DNA of 64,000 bases from Cyanobacteria bacterium RYN_339 (lineage in GTDB: Bacteria > Cyanobacteriota > Sericytochromatia > S15B-MN24 > JAQBPE01), in contig JAQBPE010000490.1 in assembly GCA_028287685.1 (NCBI GenBank), positions 4,642 through 68,641 on the forward strand, written 5' to 3'. Position numbers and translations under genes: made by a program. The notes under the pieces are model-generated. The model did not search any database. It saw only the letters and a program-made list of their open reading frames with translations, and was not told the DNA's origin. This document shows positions 28,087 to 37,186 of the stretch, in pieces; position 1 is the first letter of the stretch, and every line of letters starts with the position of its first letter.

Positions 28087-28989
28087 TTACGCGGTCGTCC
28101 GGATCTTGTTTTCCAGGACCATCGCCGGGTTATAGCCTTCGACCTGCAGGTAGTAGGCCGCCGTTTCCAGCAGCGCGTCTTGCGGCACCAGGCCCACGAT
28201 CTCCGAGCCGGCGACCTGCACGCCCCAGCGCGCGGCCTCGATCTTGATCAGCTCGAACACGCGATAGATGGGGTTCTTCTTGTAGTTCACGAGGTTCATC
28301 GAGACCTGCACCTGGTTGCGCTCCTCGGTGTAGAGCCCCATGCCCTTCACGTAGGCCATCCCGCCGGAGCTGCCGCGCACGGCCTTGGCGATCTCGTTGG
28401 CGATCTTCAAGTCCGAGGTGTGCAGGTAGACGTTGTAGGCAATCAGCGCTTCGCGCGCGCCGATGGCGGTGGCACCCAGGTGCGGGTGCGGGTAATTGTT
28501 GCCGAAGTCCGGCGCCCACTCGGGCTTGGCCAGCTTGTCCTGCAGGCCCTCGAATTGGCCCTTGCGCACGTCGGCCAGGTTCTTGCGGTGGGGCGCGGAG
28601 GCGGCCTCCTCGTACAAGACCACGGGCACGTTGAACTTCTCGGCGACCAGCTTCGCCACGTCCTTGGCGAGTGCCACGCAGTCCGCCATCGTGCAGTCCG
28701 CGATGGGGATGAAGGGCACCACGTCGACGGCGCCCATGCGCGGGTGGCCGCCCTGGTGGGTGGTCAGGTCGATGTGCTTGGACACCTCCGTGAAGAGCGT
28801 GTCCAGCGCCGCCTTGAGCACGGCGGGCTCGCCCAGGAAGGTCAGCACGGAGCGGTTGTGGTCCGGATCGGAGGTCTGGTCGAGCCACTTCAGGCCCGGC
28901 GTGGCTTTCACGGCCTCCACGATCTGGTTGACGACGTCCAGGCGGCGCCCCTCGGAGATGTTGGGGACGCACTCGATCAGGGCGGGCAT
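28087..28989 (-). CDS. Glutamate formiminotransferase (FTCD N-domain homolog)
   Basis: Hallmark N-terminus LIECVPNISEGRR ... DPDHNRSVLTFLG; 300 aa. Confidence 0.9.
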   Translation of the reverse strand: MPALIECVPNISEGRRLDVVNQIVEAVKATPGLKWLDQTSDPDHNRSVLTFLGEPAVLKAALDTLFTEVSKHIDLTTHQGGHPRMGAVDVVPFIPIADCTMADCVALAKDVAKLVAEKFNVPVVLYEEAASAPHRKNLADVRKGQFEGLQDKLAKPEWAPDFGNNYPHPHLGATAIGAREALIAYNVYLHTSDLKIANEIAKAVRGSSGGMAYVKGMGLYTEERNQVQVSMNLVNYKKNPIYRVFELIKIEAARWGVQVAGSEIVGLVPQDALLETAAYYLQVEGYNPAMVLENKIRTTA

Positions 28990-29055
28990 ACGGGGCTGGG
29001 TCTTCCTAGGAAAGCGGTGAAGCCGGGGTCAACGCCAGTTTATCACCTTTTTGTT

Positions 29056-30234
29056 ATGATGGCCGCCATGGACTTCTCGCCCGCTCCAGCCACCCAGGCG
29101 CTCGTGGATGCCATCCGGGCGTTCATGGCCGCGGAGGTGTTGCCGCACGATGCCGAATGGCTCCAGCAGCCGTTCGACGAGCTGCCGCTGGAGCCCCTGC
29201 GCGACCACGTCCGCGCCCAGGGCTGGTGGGCCCCCAGCTTGCCCCGCGCCTGGGGCGGCCTGGGCCTGGACCTGGTCGACCTGGCCCTGGTGGGCGAGGT
29301 GCTGGGCCAGAGCCCCTTCGGGCACTACCTCTTCGGCTGCCAGGCGCCCGATGCCGGCAACATGGAGCTGCTGCTGGCGTTCGGCACCCCCACCCAGCAA
29401 GAGCGCTTCCTGCGGCCGGTCGCCGAGGGTCGCCAGCGCGGCTGCTTCGCCATGACGGAGCCCGACACCCCCGGCTCGAACCCCACCCAGCTGGCCTGCC
29501 GCGCGCGGCGCGAGGGCGACCACTTCGTGCTGGACGGCCGCAAGTGGTTCGCCACCGGCGCGGACGGCGCGGCCTACGCCCTGGTGATGGCCGTGACCAA
29601 CCCCGACGCGCCGCCGCACCAGCGCGCGTCGGTCTTCCTGGTGCCGCTGCCCGCGCCGGGGCTCACGCTGGTGCGCAACATCCCGATCATGGGCCACGGC
29701 GGCCAGGGCTGGGCCAGCCACGGCGAGTTGCAGTTCGACGGCGTCCAAGCCGAGCTGCTGGGCGAGGAAGGCGCCGGCTTCATGCTGGGCCAGGCGCGCC
29801 TGGGCCCCGGCCGGATCCACCACTGCATGCGCTGGCTGGGGGTGTGCGAGCGCGCCTTCGCGCTGATGGCCGCTCGCGCCCGCGGACGCTCGCTGACGGC
29901 CGACAAGACGCTGGCCGACCAACCCCTGCTCCAAGCCGCCGCCGCCGCCCTGCGCGCCCGCATCGACGCCGCGCGGCTGCTGGTGCTGCACACGGCCTGG
30001 ACGATCGAGAAGCAGGGCTTCAAGGAAGCGCGCACCCAGGTCTCGTTGATCAAGTTCCACGTGGCCCAGCTGCTGCAAGACGTGGTGGACCAGGCGGTGC
30101 AGGTGCATGGCGCCTTGGGGCTCACGTCGGACACGGTGCTGGCCTACTTCTACGCCCACGAGCGCGGTGCCCGCATCTACGATGGCCCCGACGAGGTCCA
30201 CCTGCTGGCCGCAGGGAAGCAGGTGCTGCGGTGA
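29056..30234 (+). CDS. Acyl-CoA dehydrogenase family protein
   Basis: ACAD pattern CFAMTEPDTPGSNP ... KWFATGA ... C-terminal RIYDGPDEVH. ATG 29056 chosen inside the longer track ORF. Confidence 0.9.
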   Translation: MMAAMDFSPAPATQALVDAIRAFMAAEVLPHDAEWLQQPFDELPLEPLRDHVRAQGWWAPSLPRAWGGLGLDLVDLALVGEVLGQSPFGHYLFGCQAPDAGNMELLLAFGTPTQQERFLRPVAEGRQRGCFAMTEPDTPGSNPTQLACRARREGDHFVLDGRKWFATGADGAAYALVMAVTNPDAPPHQRASVFLVPLPAPGLTLVRNIPIMGHGGQGWASHGELQFDGVQAELLGEEGAGFMLGQARLGPGRIHHCMRWLGVCERAFALMAARARGRSLTADKTLADQPLLQAAAAALRARIDAARLLVLHTAWTIEKQGFKEARTQVSLIKFHVAQLLQDVVDQAVQVHGALGLTSDTVLAYFYAHERGARIYDGPDEVHLLAAGKQVLR

Positions 30235-31268
30235 TCGACGAGCCCGTCGCCGTTCGGGACGCCCTCGACGAGTGGCGCCTGCGCGACTACCTGGCCGAGG
30301 AGCTGGGCTCGCGGTCGGACGAGCTGGAGCTGCGCCAGTTCCCGGGCGGCTACTCCAACCTGACCTACGCCGTGCGCTGGGGCGCGGACCAGTGGGTGCT
30401 GCGCTGCCCGCCGCCTGGGGTGGACATCAAGGGCGCCCACGACGTGCTGCGCGAGGCCAAGCTGCTGGCCTGCCTGGCCCCGGTGCTGCCCTGGGCCCCG
30501 GCGCCGCTGATCGCCTGCACCGACCGCTCCGTGATCGGCGCGCCGTTCTACCTGATGCGCCACGTCGAGGGCCTGATCCTGCGCCGCGACCCGCCGGCCG
30601 GGTTGTCGTTGCCGCCGGTGACGGTGCGCGCCATCTGTGATGCCCTGATCCAGGCCCTGGTGGACCTGCACGCCTTGGACCCCGCACGGCTGGGCCTGGG
30701 CGACTTCGGCCGCCCGGTGGGGTACGCCCAGCGCCAGGTCGACGGCTGGACCCGCCGCCTGGAGGCCGCCCGCACCGGCGATCAGGCCGAGCTCGCGCAA
30801 GTCGCCGCCTGGCTGGCGGCCCATGTCCCACCAGACGGTGCGCCGGCCCTGATCCACAACGACTTCAAGCTGGACAACGTCGTGCTGGACCCGGCGGACC
30901 CCACCCGCATCATCGGCATCCTGGACTGGGAGATGGCCGCCCTGGGCGACCCCTGGATGGACGTGGGCAGCTCGCTGGCCTACTGGATCGAGGCCGCTGA
31001 CGAACCGGTGTTGCTGGCCATGCGCTTCGGCCCGACCCACTTGCCGGGCGCCTACACCCGCGACGAGTGGGTGGCCCGCTACTGCGAGCTCTCCGGCCGC
31101 GCGCCGGTCGACTTCCGCTTCTACCGCGCCTTCGGGCTGTTCAAGGTCGCGGTCGTGGGCCAGCAATTGTTCAAGCGCTATGCCGACGGCAAGAGCACCG
31201 ACAAGCGCTTCGCCCACCTGGACCGCGCGGTGGCCGCATTGGCGCGCGAGGCACTGGCGGCGCTATGA
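30231..31268 (+). CDS. APH-type phosphotransferase (aminoglycoside phosphotransferase / choline kinase fold)
   Basis: GTG 30231 overlaps the ACAD stop (GTGA). Brenner motif LIHNDFKLDNVVLD and ILDWEMAALGDP. Confidence 0.85.
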   Translation: MIDEPVAVRDALDEWRLRDYLAEELGSRSDELELRQFPGGYSNLTYAVRWGADQWVLRCPPPGVDIKGAHDVLREAKLLACLAPVLPWAPAPLIACTDRSVIGAPFYLMRHVEGLILRRDPPAGLSLPPVTVRAICDALIQALVDLHALDPARLGLGDFGRPVGYAQRQVDGWTRRLEAARTGDQAELAQVAAWLAAHVPPDGAPALIHNDFKLDNVVLDPADPTRIIGILDWEMAALGDPWMDVGSSLAYWIEAADEPVLLAMRFGPTHLPGAYTRDEWVARYCELSGRAPVDFRFYRAFGLFKVAVVGQQLFKRYADGKSTDKRFAHLDRAVAALAREALAAL

Positions 31269-31272
31269 GGGT

Positions 31273-31653
31273 ATGCGTGTGAGCTATAACGCGGATCTAG
31301 AGGCGATCTACAACCGGCTACGGCAGGGGGACCTCGGTAACGCCACCGATGACATCGCCTCGCTGGCGGCGGAATTGGAAGAAGCCCACACCGTGATCGC
31401 CGAGTTCCGCGTGGAGATGGACGAACTCCTGAACGCAAACAGTGGGTTCAAAGACGGCATCGACGACATCGCTCGCTTGCTCGGACACGATTCAGACTAC
31501 GGCGACGTAGCGAAAGCCTTGCATTGGGTGAAGGCGCTGCACGAGAAGGCGGCCGACCAGGAAGTGGCCATTCGTGGTGCCCTGGTGCGACCGAAGAGCG
31601 ACGAAGCCGTCAGACTCCTTTCCGACTGCCTGCGACGGTATAAACGCCCCTAG
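31273..31653 (+). CDS. Hypothetical 126-aa helical protein (lower-GC islet)
   Basis: The ATG is 5 nt after the kinase stop. Many A/T-ending codons (tat, aaa, gaa, tta-type) contrast with the flanking genes. No known motif. Confidence 0.55.
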   Translation: MRVSYNADLEAIYNRLRQGDLGNATDDIASLAAELEEAHTVIAEFRVEMDELLNANSGFKDGIDDIARLLGHDSDYGDVAKALHWVKALHEKAADQEVAIRGALVRPKSDEAVRLLSDCLRRYKRP

Positions 31654-31794
31654 GTGGCTCAACTGTTGGCAATGAGTCCTTCTGGAATTTCCGTTTCTTC
31701 CGCATTGATTTTTGCAGTATTCCCGGTGCGGAGATAGGCGCCGCGAGAGTGTCGCCAATCAGGCCGCAAGCTCCCAGATGATTGGTCCGAGCAA

Positions 31795-32061
31795 TCAAGA
31801 CCGTCGCTGGCGGCGTTCCAATATCTCCAGGACCACGTCGGCTTCACTAAGACCAGGCGACAGGACCTCGTCCAACCTCTTCAACGCGGCGAGGCGAGCA
31901 TGGTACGCGTCGACCGCAACCACTGGGATCCGGCGATGGCCCGAAGCCAGCACTATGAAAGGCAAATTTCCTCGCTCGCACCACAATGCGATGGTTTTGG
32001 GGCTTACCCCTAGCTGGCCGGCCGCTTCGTCGGGGCTCATGTAGCCTTCCGGATCAGGCAT
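31795..32061 (-). CDS. Excisionase-family (HTH_17/MerR-like) DNA-binding protein (lower-GC islet)
   Basis: MSPDEAAGQLGVSPKTIALWCERGNLPFIVLASGHRRIP is the typical excisionase-type HTH. ATG 32040 (GGAAGG at -5) is an alternative start. Confidence 0.75.
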   Translation of the reverse strand: MPDPEGYMSPDEAAGQLGVSPKTIALWCERGNLPFIVLASGHRRIPVVAVDAYHARLAALKRLDEVLSPGLSEADVVLEILERRQRRS

Positions 32062-32121
32062 TCGACGCCTGCACTTGCTTTCGAGCGCTCAGACGGGTTG
32101 GAAGGGACATGCAGCGCTGCC

Positions 32122-32877
32122 TTAGAACGCCCCGTGCCGGCCTTCGCCAGCAGCAAACCGCTCGGCGCCCGCCACGCCCTCGGCCAGGACGCTGCTGCCG
32201 CGCGCGAACTCGTCCGAAATCGCCACGTCCTCCGTCCAGCCCCATTGCTCGAACACGCCCGCCCGGTCCGCGCGCAGGCAGGACTGGGGGAAGGCCGCGA
32301 TTTGAGCGGCCAGTTCCAGGGCGGCCGGCAGCGTCTGGCCCGGGGCCACGAGGCGGTTAACCAGGCCCATGCGCAGGGCCTCCTCGCCGTAGACGCCGCG
32401 GCCCGTCAGGACCATATCCAGCGCGTGGCTCTGGCCGATCAGGCGCGGCAGGCGCACGGTTCCGCCGTCGATCAAGGGCACGCCGAAGCGGCGGCAGTAG
32501 ACGCCGAAAATCGCATCCGATGCCGCGACCCGCAGGTCGCACCAGATGGCGAGCTCCAGGCCGCCGGCCACCGCCGGGCCTTCCACCGCCGCGATCACGG
32601 GCTTGGAGAGTTGCATGCGCGTGGGCCCGAGCGGCCCGTCGCCCTCGGCGTCCGCCCGGTTGCCTTCGCCGGAAGCCACGGCCTTGAGGTCCGCGCCCGC
32701 GCAGAAAAATCCCCCGGCGCCCGTCAGCACCGCGACGGAGGCCGATTCATCCGCCTCGAAGGCCCGGAAGGCGGCCGCCAGCGCGTCCGCGGTGGCGCGG
32801 TCGACCGCGTTGCGGACTTCGGGGCGGTCGATCGTGATGACGCGGACGGGGCCGTGGTCGGTGACGAGGATGGGCAC
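32122..32877 (-). CDS. Enoyl-CoA hydratase/isomerase (crotonase) family protein
   Basis: VRVITIDRPEVRNAV ... VAVLTGAGGFFCAGADLKA oxyanion-hole motif. Confidence 0.9.
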   Translation of the reverse strand: MPILVTDHGPVRVITIDRPEVRNAVDRATADALAAAFRAFEADESASVAVLTGAGGFFCAGADLKAVASGEGNRADAEGDGPLGPTRMQLSKPVIAAVEGPAVAGGLELAIWCDLRVAASDAIFGVYCRRFGVPLIDGGTVRLPRLIGQSHALDMVLTGRGVYGEEALRMGLVNRLVAPGQTLPAALELAAQIAAFPQSCLRADRAGVFEQWGWTEDVAISDEFARGSSVLAEGVAGAERFAAGEGRHGAF

Positions 32878-34175
32878 TAGGCGGCGACCGCCGCCTCGGT
32901 GTTGGGCATGACCACGCTCACGGCCAGCTGGTGTGGCTTGTAGTGCTCGCGCAAGAGCACGTTGGCCTCGTCCAGCGTGATGCTCGCGATCACGTCGGGG
33001 ATGCCGAAGTAGTCCGCGTCCTTGAACAGCACGTCCGTCAGGTGGTTGGCGATCGCCTCCGGCGAGTTCAGCGCGTGGAGGTAGTCCCCCAGCTGCTTGC
33101 GCCGGCTGCGCTCGAACTCTTCGGTATCGAGCCCGGTCTCCACGAAGCGCTTCAACGCCTCGCCCACGGCCGCTTCCACGCCCGCGGGGTCATCGGTCTC
33201 CGTGCCCAGGTAGCTGAAGCCGTAGCCCGCGCCGCACTCGTAGTCGAACGAGAACGAGTCGTCGATCAACCCAGAGTCCAGCAGCTTCTGGAACAGCGTG
33301 GAGGAGCGGCCGAAGACCACGTCCTGGATCAGCCCCATCACCAGCTCGCGGCGGAGCTGCGAGCCGCTTTGGGCGGCGTTGGCGTCCTTGTAGCCCATCA
33401 GCACCAGCGGGCGTGACACGGCCAGGCTCACGGTATGGCGCGGCTCGCGCACGGTGCCCGGCTCCACCTCGAAGAAGCGCTGGATCTTGCGGGTGGGCTT
33501 GAAGTCCTTCTTGGCCTGGTTGGCCGTCACCTGGGCCAGCACCACTTCCGGGTCGAAGGGGCCCACCACGGCCAGCACCATGTTGCTGGGGTGATAGAAG
33601 GTGCTGTAGCAGGTCATCAGCGCGTCACGGTCGATCTTGTAGATCGACTCCACGGTGCCGGCGATGTCGATGCGCACGGGGCAGCGGTGGAACAGGATCT
33701 CCAGCAGGTGGCGGTAGCCGCGCCAGAAGGGCATGTCGTCGTACATGCGGATCTCCTGCTCGATGATGCCCTTTTCCTTCTCCACGTTCTCCGGCGTCAG
33801 GTGCGGACGCTGCACGAAGTCGAGCAGGGTCTCCAAGTTCTCGACCACGCGGTCGGTGGCCGAGAACAGGTAGGCCGTGCGGTTGTGGCTGGTGAAGGCG
33901 TTGGCGCTCGCGCCCTGCTCCGCGAAGGTGTGGAAGATGTCGCCCCACTCCTCCTCGAAGAGCTTGTGCTCCAGGAAGTGCGCGATGCCGTCCGTCACGT
34001 GCTGCTCGGGCTCGCCCTCCACCTGGAAGTGGTTGTCGATCGAGCCGTAGCGCGTGGTGAACACGGCGTAGGTCTTGGCGTAGTCCGGCTTCGGCACCAG
34101 CACCACCTGCAAGCCGTTCGGCAGGGTCTGGTTGTAGACCTTCTCCTGGATGGTCTCGTAAGTGGTGCTACGCAT
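32877..34175 (-). CDS. M16 (pitrilysin/insulinase) family zinc peptidase, catalytic subunit
   Basis: Inverted zinc motif HxxEH in GIAHFLEHKLFEE. 8-nt overlap with the upstream M16 gene and 1-nt overlap with the crotonase gene. Confidence 0.9.
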   Translation of the reverse strand: MRSTTYETIQEKVYNQTLPNGLQVVLVPKPDYAKTYAVFTTRYGSIDNHFQVEGEPEQHVTDGIAHFLEHKLFEEEWGDIFHTFAEQGASANAFTSHNRTAYLFSATDRVVENLETLLDFVQRPHLTPENVEKEKGIIEQEIRMYDDMPFWRGYRHLLEILFHRCPVRIDIAGTVESIYKIDRDALMTCYSTFYHPSNMVLAVVGPFDPEVVLAQVTANQAKKDFKPTRKIQRFFEVEPGTVREPRHTVSLAVSRPLVLMGYKDANAAQSGSQLRRELVMGLIQDVVFGRSSTLFQKLLDSGLIDDSFSFDYECGAGYGFSYLGTETDDPAGVEAAVGEALKRFVETGLDTEEFERSRRKQLGDYLHALNSPEAIANHLTDVLFKDADYFGIPDVIASITLDEANVLLREHYKPHQLAVSVVMPNTEAAVAA

Positions 34176-35445
34176 GAACGGCCTCCTTGTCCCTGAGGAA
34201 ATACACCGTGTCGAGCTGCAAGGTCTTCGCCACGCGCACGATGTCCTCGCGCGTGATCTTGGGGATCTCCGCGGCCAGGGCCTCGATGGGGCGCTCCAGG
34301 CCGGCCACTTCGCTCTCGAACGCCAGGTTGATCAAGGCGCCCGGGCTGTCATAAGCCTCGCGGTAGGTGTTGAGCGCCATCGCGCGCGTCTGGTCCAGCT
34401 CCTGGTCGGAGATGTCGCCCGCCTCCATGGCGGCGAACTGCTCCTTGATCACCGCCAGCGCGCGGTCGTGGTCCTCGATGTTGATGCCGGCCTGCACGAA
34501 GATCAGGCCCTTCATCGAGTCGTAGCGCGACCGGGCGGAGTAGGCCAGGCTCTCGCGCTCGCGCACGTTCACGAACAGCTTGGAGTGCGCGAAGGCGCCC
34601 AGGACGCCGTTGTACATCAGCATGGCCAGGTAATCGTCGTGGGCGTAGGTGATCGGGGTGCGCAGGCCCAAGACCAGCTGGCCCTGGTTCACGTCGTGGC
34701 GGTCCACCACGGTCTTCACCGCGCCGGCGCTGCCCGTCTTGAGGGCGCTGTCGAGGGCGGGGGCGGCGCGGCCGGGGAAGCGGAAGACCTGGTTCAGCTC
34801 CTCCGTCACGGCCTCGGGCTCGATGTCGCCCACGATGTACATGTCCATCGGCGCGCTGACGAGCAGGTCGAGGTACTCCTGGTACAGCAGCTCCGGCGTG
34901 ATGGTCGGCAGGTCCTCGATGCGGCCGCCGGAGTACAGGCGGTACGGCTCGTCGGGGCACATGGCCTCCGTGCAGCGCATGCGCGCGTACTGGGCCTTGT
35001 TGTTGAAGATGCCCTCCACGCGCTTGCGCAGGGCGTCCTTCTCCAGCGAGACGAAGCTTTCCTTGAAGCCCTTGCCCTCGATCACCGGCTGGGTGATCAT
35101 CTCGTGCAGGAAGGAAATCGCCTCCTTCAGCAGCTTGGGGCGGCCCGGCAGGTACTTGCCGTTGGGCACCTCCAAGCGGAACTGCATCACGTGGCGCTCG
35201 CCCAACTTGTAGACGTCCGCGTTCAAGTAGCTGCCGTAGAGGTGGTCCAGCTGGGCCTGCATCTCGCGCACGCTGGGGTAGCGGGTGCTGCCGCGCGTCA
35301 GCACGTAGGGCACCAACGCCGTGCGCGTGACCAGCCCTTCCGTGAGCGGGCGTTGGAGGTTCAGGACCAGGGTGTTGGTCTTGAACTTGTCCGTAGCCAG
35401 CAGGTGCAGGCTCAAGTCCGGGTGCGCGTGGCGGGTAAATTGCAT
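34168..35445 (-). CDS. M16 family peptidase-like protein, non-catalytic partner (no HxxEH)
   Basis: M16 fold pattern, but the zinc motif is replaced (ALVPYVLTRGS). ATG 35445 (MQFTRHAHPD) chosen; the 121-codon upstream extension in the track looks like non-coding Arg/Gly/Ala-rich read-through. Confidence 0.8.
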   Translation of the reverse strand: MQFTRHAHPDLSLHLLATDKFKTNTLVLNLQRPLTEGLVTRTALVPYVLTRGSTRYPSVREMQAQLDHLYGSYLNADVYKLGERHVMQFRLEVPNGKYLPGRPKLLKEAISFLHEMITQPVIEGKGFKESFVSLEKDALRKRVEGIFNNKAQYARMRCTEAMCPDEPYRLYSGGRIEDLPTITPELLYQEYLDLLVSAPMDMYIVGDIEPEAVTEELNQVFRFPGRAAPALDSALKTGSAGAVKTVVDRHDVNQGQLVLGLRTPITYAHDDYLAMLMYNGVLGAFAHSKLFVNVRERESLAYSARSRYDSMKGLIFVQAGINIEDHDRALAVIKEQFAAMEAGDISDQELDQTRAMALNTYREAYDSPGALINLAFESEVAGLERPIEALAAEIPKITREDIVRVAKTLQLDTVYFLRDKEAVHA

Positions 35446-35536
35446 AGACACCTGGCTAGAAGGGCGGCGCGGGTCGCCCATGGTAGCAACAAAGGGAGCT
35501 TGACGCCACCCTCCCCGCTCGGCTAGCGTACCGCTC

Positions 35537-37186
35537 ATGTACGACATCATCCCCATGAACGCGCCCCGCACGACCGGCTGGCGGTTGTCCGCGTTGGCGG
35601 GGCTGTTGGAGCACCCGTTGGCCGGACCGCCGCTCGCGGAGTACCTGTTCGGGCTCGTGGGGATGCAGCGCCTGCGTAGTTGCGCGCCGCCGGACGCGTT
35701 GCCATCCATCCACCCGCTGTTGGCGGGCTTCCCCCTGGCAGAGCCCTCGCCGCTGGCGGCCCCGCCCGCCGTCGCGGCCGAGCACGCCCCGGAAGGCTTC
35801 CCCTTCAAGACCGTCGCGGACTTCGCACGCGCCTACCGCGAGGGCCTCTCGCCAGTGGAGGTGGCGGAGAAGGTGCTGGCGCGGCGCAAGGCGCTTGACC
35901 AGGCCCAGAAGCCCCTGGGTGCCTTCATCGCCCAGGACGAGGCCGACGTGCGTGCCCAGGCGCGGGCCTCCGCGGAGCGGTTTGCCGCGGGCAAGCCGTT
36001 AGGCCCGCTGGACGGCGTGCCGATCGCCATCAAGGACGAGCTGGACCAGCTGGGCTACGCGACCACGGTCGGCACGCGCTTCCTGGGCGCCGCCCCCGCC
36101 GCAAAGGACGCGGAAGTGGTGCGGCGGCTCAGGGCCGCGGGTGCCGTGCTGATCGGCAAGACGAACATGCACGAGATCGGTATGGGCGCGACCGGCCACA
36201 ACGTGCACCACGGCGCGGCGCGCAACCCGTATGACCTGGACCGCGCGGCGGGCGGCAGCTCCGGTGGCTCCGCGGCGGCGGTGGCGGCGGGGCTGTGTCC
36301 GGCGGCGGTGGGCGCAGACGGCGGTGGTTCGATCCGCATCCCCGCGTCCTTGTGCGGCCTGGTGGGCCTGAAGCCAACCTTCGGGCGCGTCAGCGAGCAG
36401 GGCGCGGCCCCGATTTGCTGGAGCCTGGCGCATGTGGGACCGCTGGCCGCCAGCGCGGAGGATGCGGCGCTGCTGTACATGCTGATGGCCGGCAAGGACG
36501 CGGGCGATCCGACCACCTGGCACCAGCCGGCACCGACCCAGGCCGCGGACCTCCGAGGCCTCAAGCTGGGCGTGTTCCGCCCCTGGTTCGAAGACGCGGA
36601 TGACGCCGTGGTGACGGCTTGTTCCGGCATGCTGGCGGAGCTGGGGGCGCAGGTGGTGGAAATCCAGCTGCCGGAGTTGGGTCTGGCCGCTACGGCCCAT
36701 ATGGTCACGATCGCAGCGGAAATGGCCGCCTCGCAGGCACCGCACTTCCCGTCCAGAAGGCGGGACTATTCGCCGGAGGTCCAGTTCAACCTGGCCCTGG
36801 CCCGGCGGTTGCGCGCGGCGGACTACGCCCAGGCCCAGCGCATCCGGGTCGCCCAGTACCGCGCGTTCATGGACGCGTTCCGCCTCGTGGACGCCATCGT
36901 CACGCCAGGCGTGGCCTGCGTGGCGCCCCTGCTGTCCAGGGAGGCCCTCACGAGCGGCGAGAGCGACCTGGTCCTGCTGGACCGGCTCATGCGCTACGCG
37001 CGGCCGGCCAACCTGACGGGGCTGCCGGCGATCGCCTTCCCGGCCGGCTACGACGTGGACGGGCTGCCCATCGGCATGCAGGTCATGGGCCGCCCCTGGG
37101 ACGAGGGGCGGCTGCTGGGCATCGCCAGGGCGGCGGAGCGCGCCGTGCCGCGCAAGGCGCCCGGCGTGTACACGTCCCTCTTATAG
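35537..37186 (+). CDS. Amidase-signature family amidase
   Basis: GVPIAIKDE (Lys) and the signature GGSSGGSAAAVAAG. Confidence 0.9.
   Translation: MYDIIPMNAPRTTGWRLSALAGLLEHPLAGPPLAEYLFGLVGMQRLRSCAPPDALPSIHPLLAGFPLAEPSPLAAPPAVAAEHAPEGFPFKTVADFARAYREGLSPVEVAEKVLARRKALDQAQKPLGAFIAQDEADVRAQARASAERFAAGKPLGPLDGVPIAIKDELDQLGYATTVGTRFLGAAPAAKDAEVVRRLRAAGAVLIGKTNMHEIGMGATGHNVHHGAARNPYDLDRAAGGSSGGSAAAVAAGLCPAAVGADGGGSIRIPASLCGLVGLKPTFGRVSEQGAAPICWSLAHVGPLAASAEDAALLYMLMAGKDAGDPTTWHQPAPTQAADLRGLKLGVFRPWFEDADDAVVTACSGMLAELGAQVVEIQLPELGLAATAHMVTIAAEMAASQAPHFPSRRRDYSPEVQFNLALARRLRAADYAQAQRIRVAQYRAFMDAFRLVDAIVTPGVACVAPLLSREALTSGESDLVLLDRLMRYARPANLTGLPAIAFPAGYDVDGLPIGMQVMGRPWDEGRLLGIARAAERAVPRKAPGVYTSLL

Noticed and set aside
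31610-31798. 62-aa ORF starting at a TTG overlapping the excisionase-HTH stop (possible toxin partner)
   Set aside because: It has no SD, an atypical composition and no recognisable toxin fold. It lies in the AT-richer convergent gap, where random ORFs are expected.
35446-35808. 121-codon N-terminal extension of the non-catalytic M16 gene
   Set aside because: The extension is Gly/Ala/Ser/Arg-rich with no M16 homology pattern, and it approaches the divergent amidase start. M16 proteins normally begin close to the first beta-strand (MQFTRH...).
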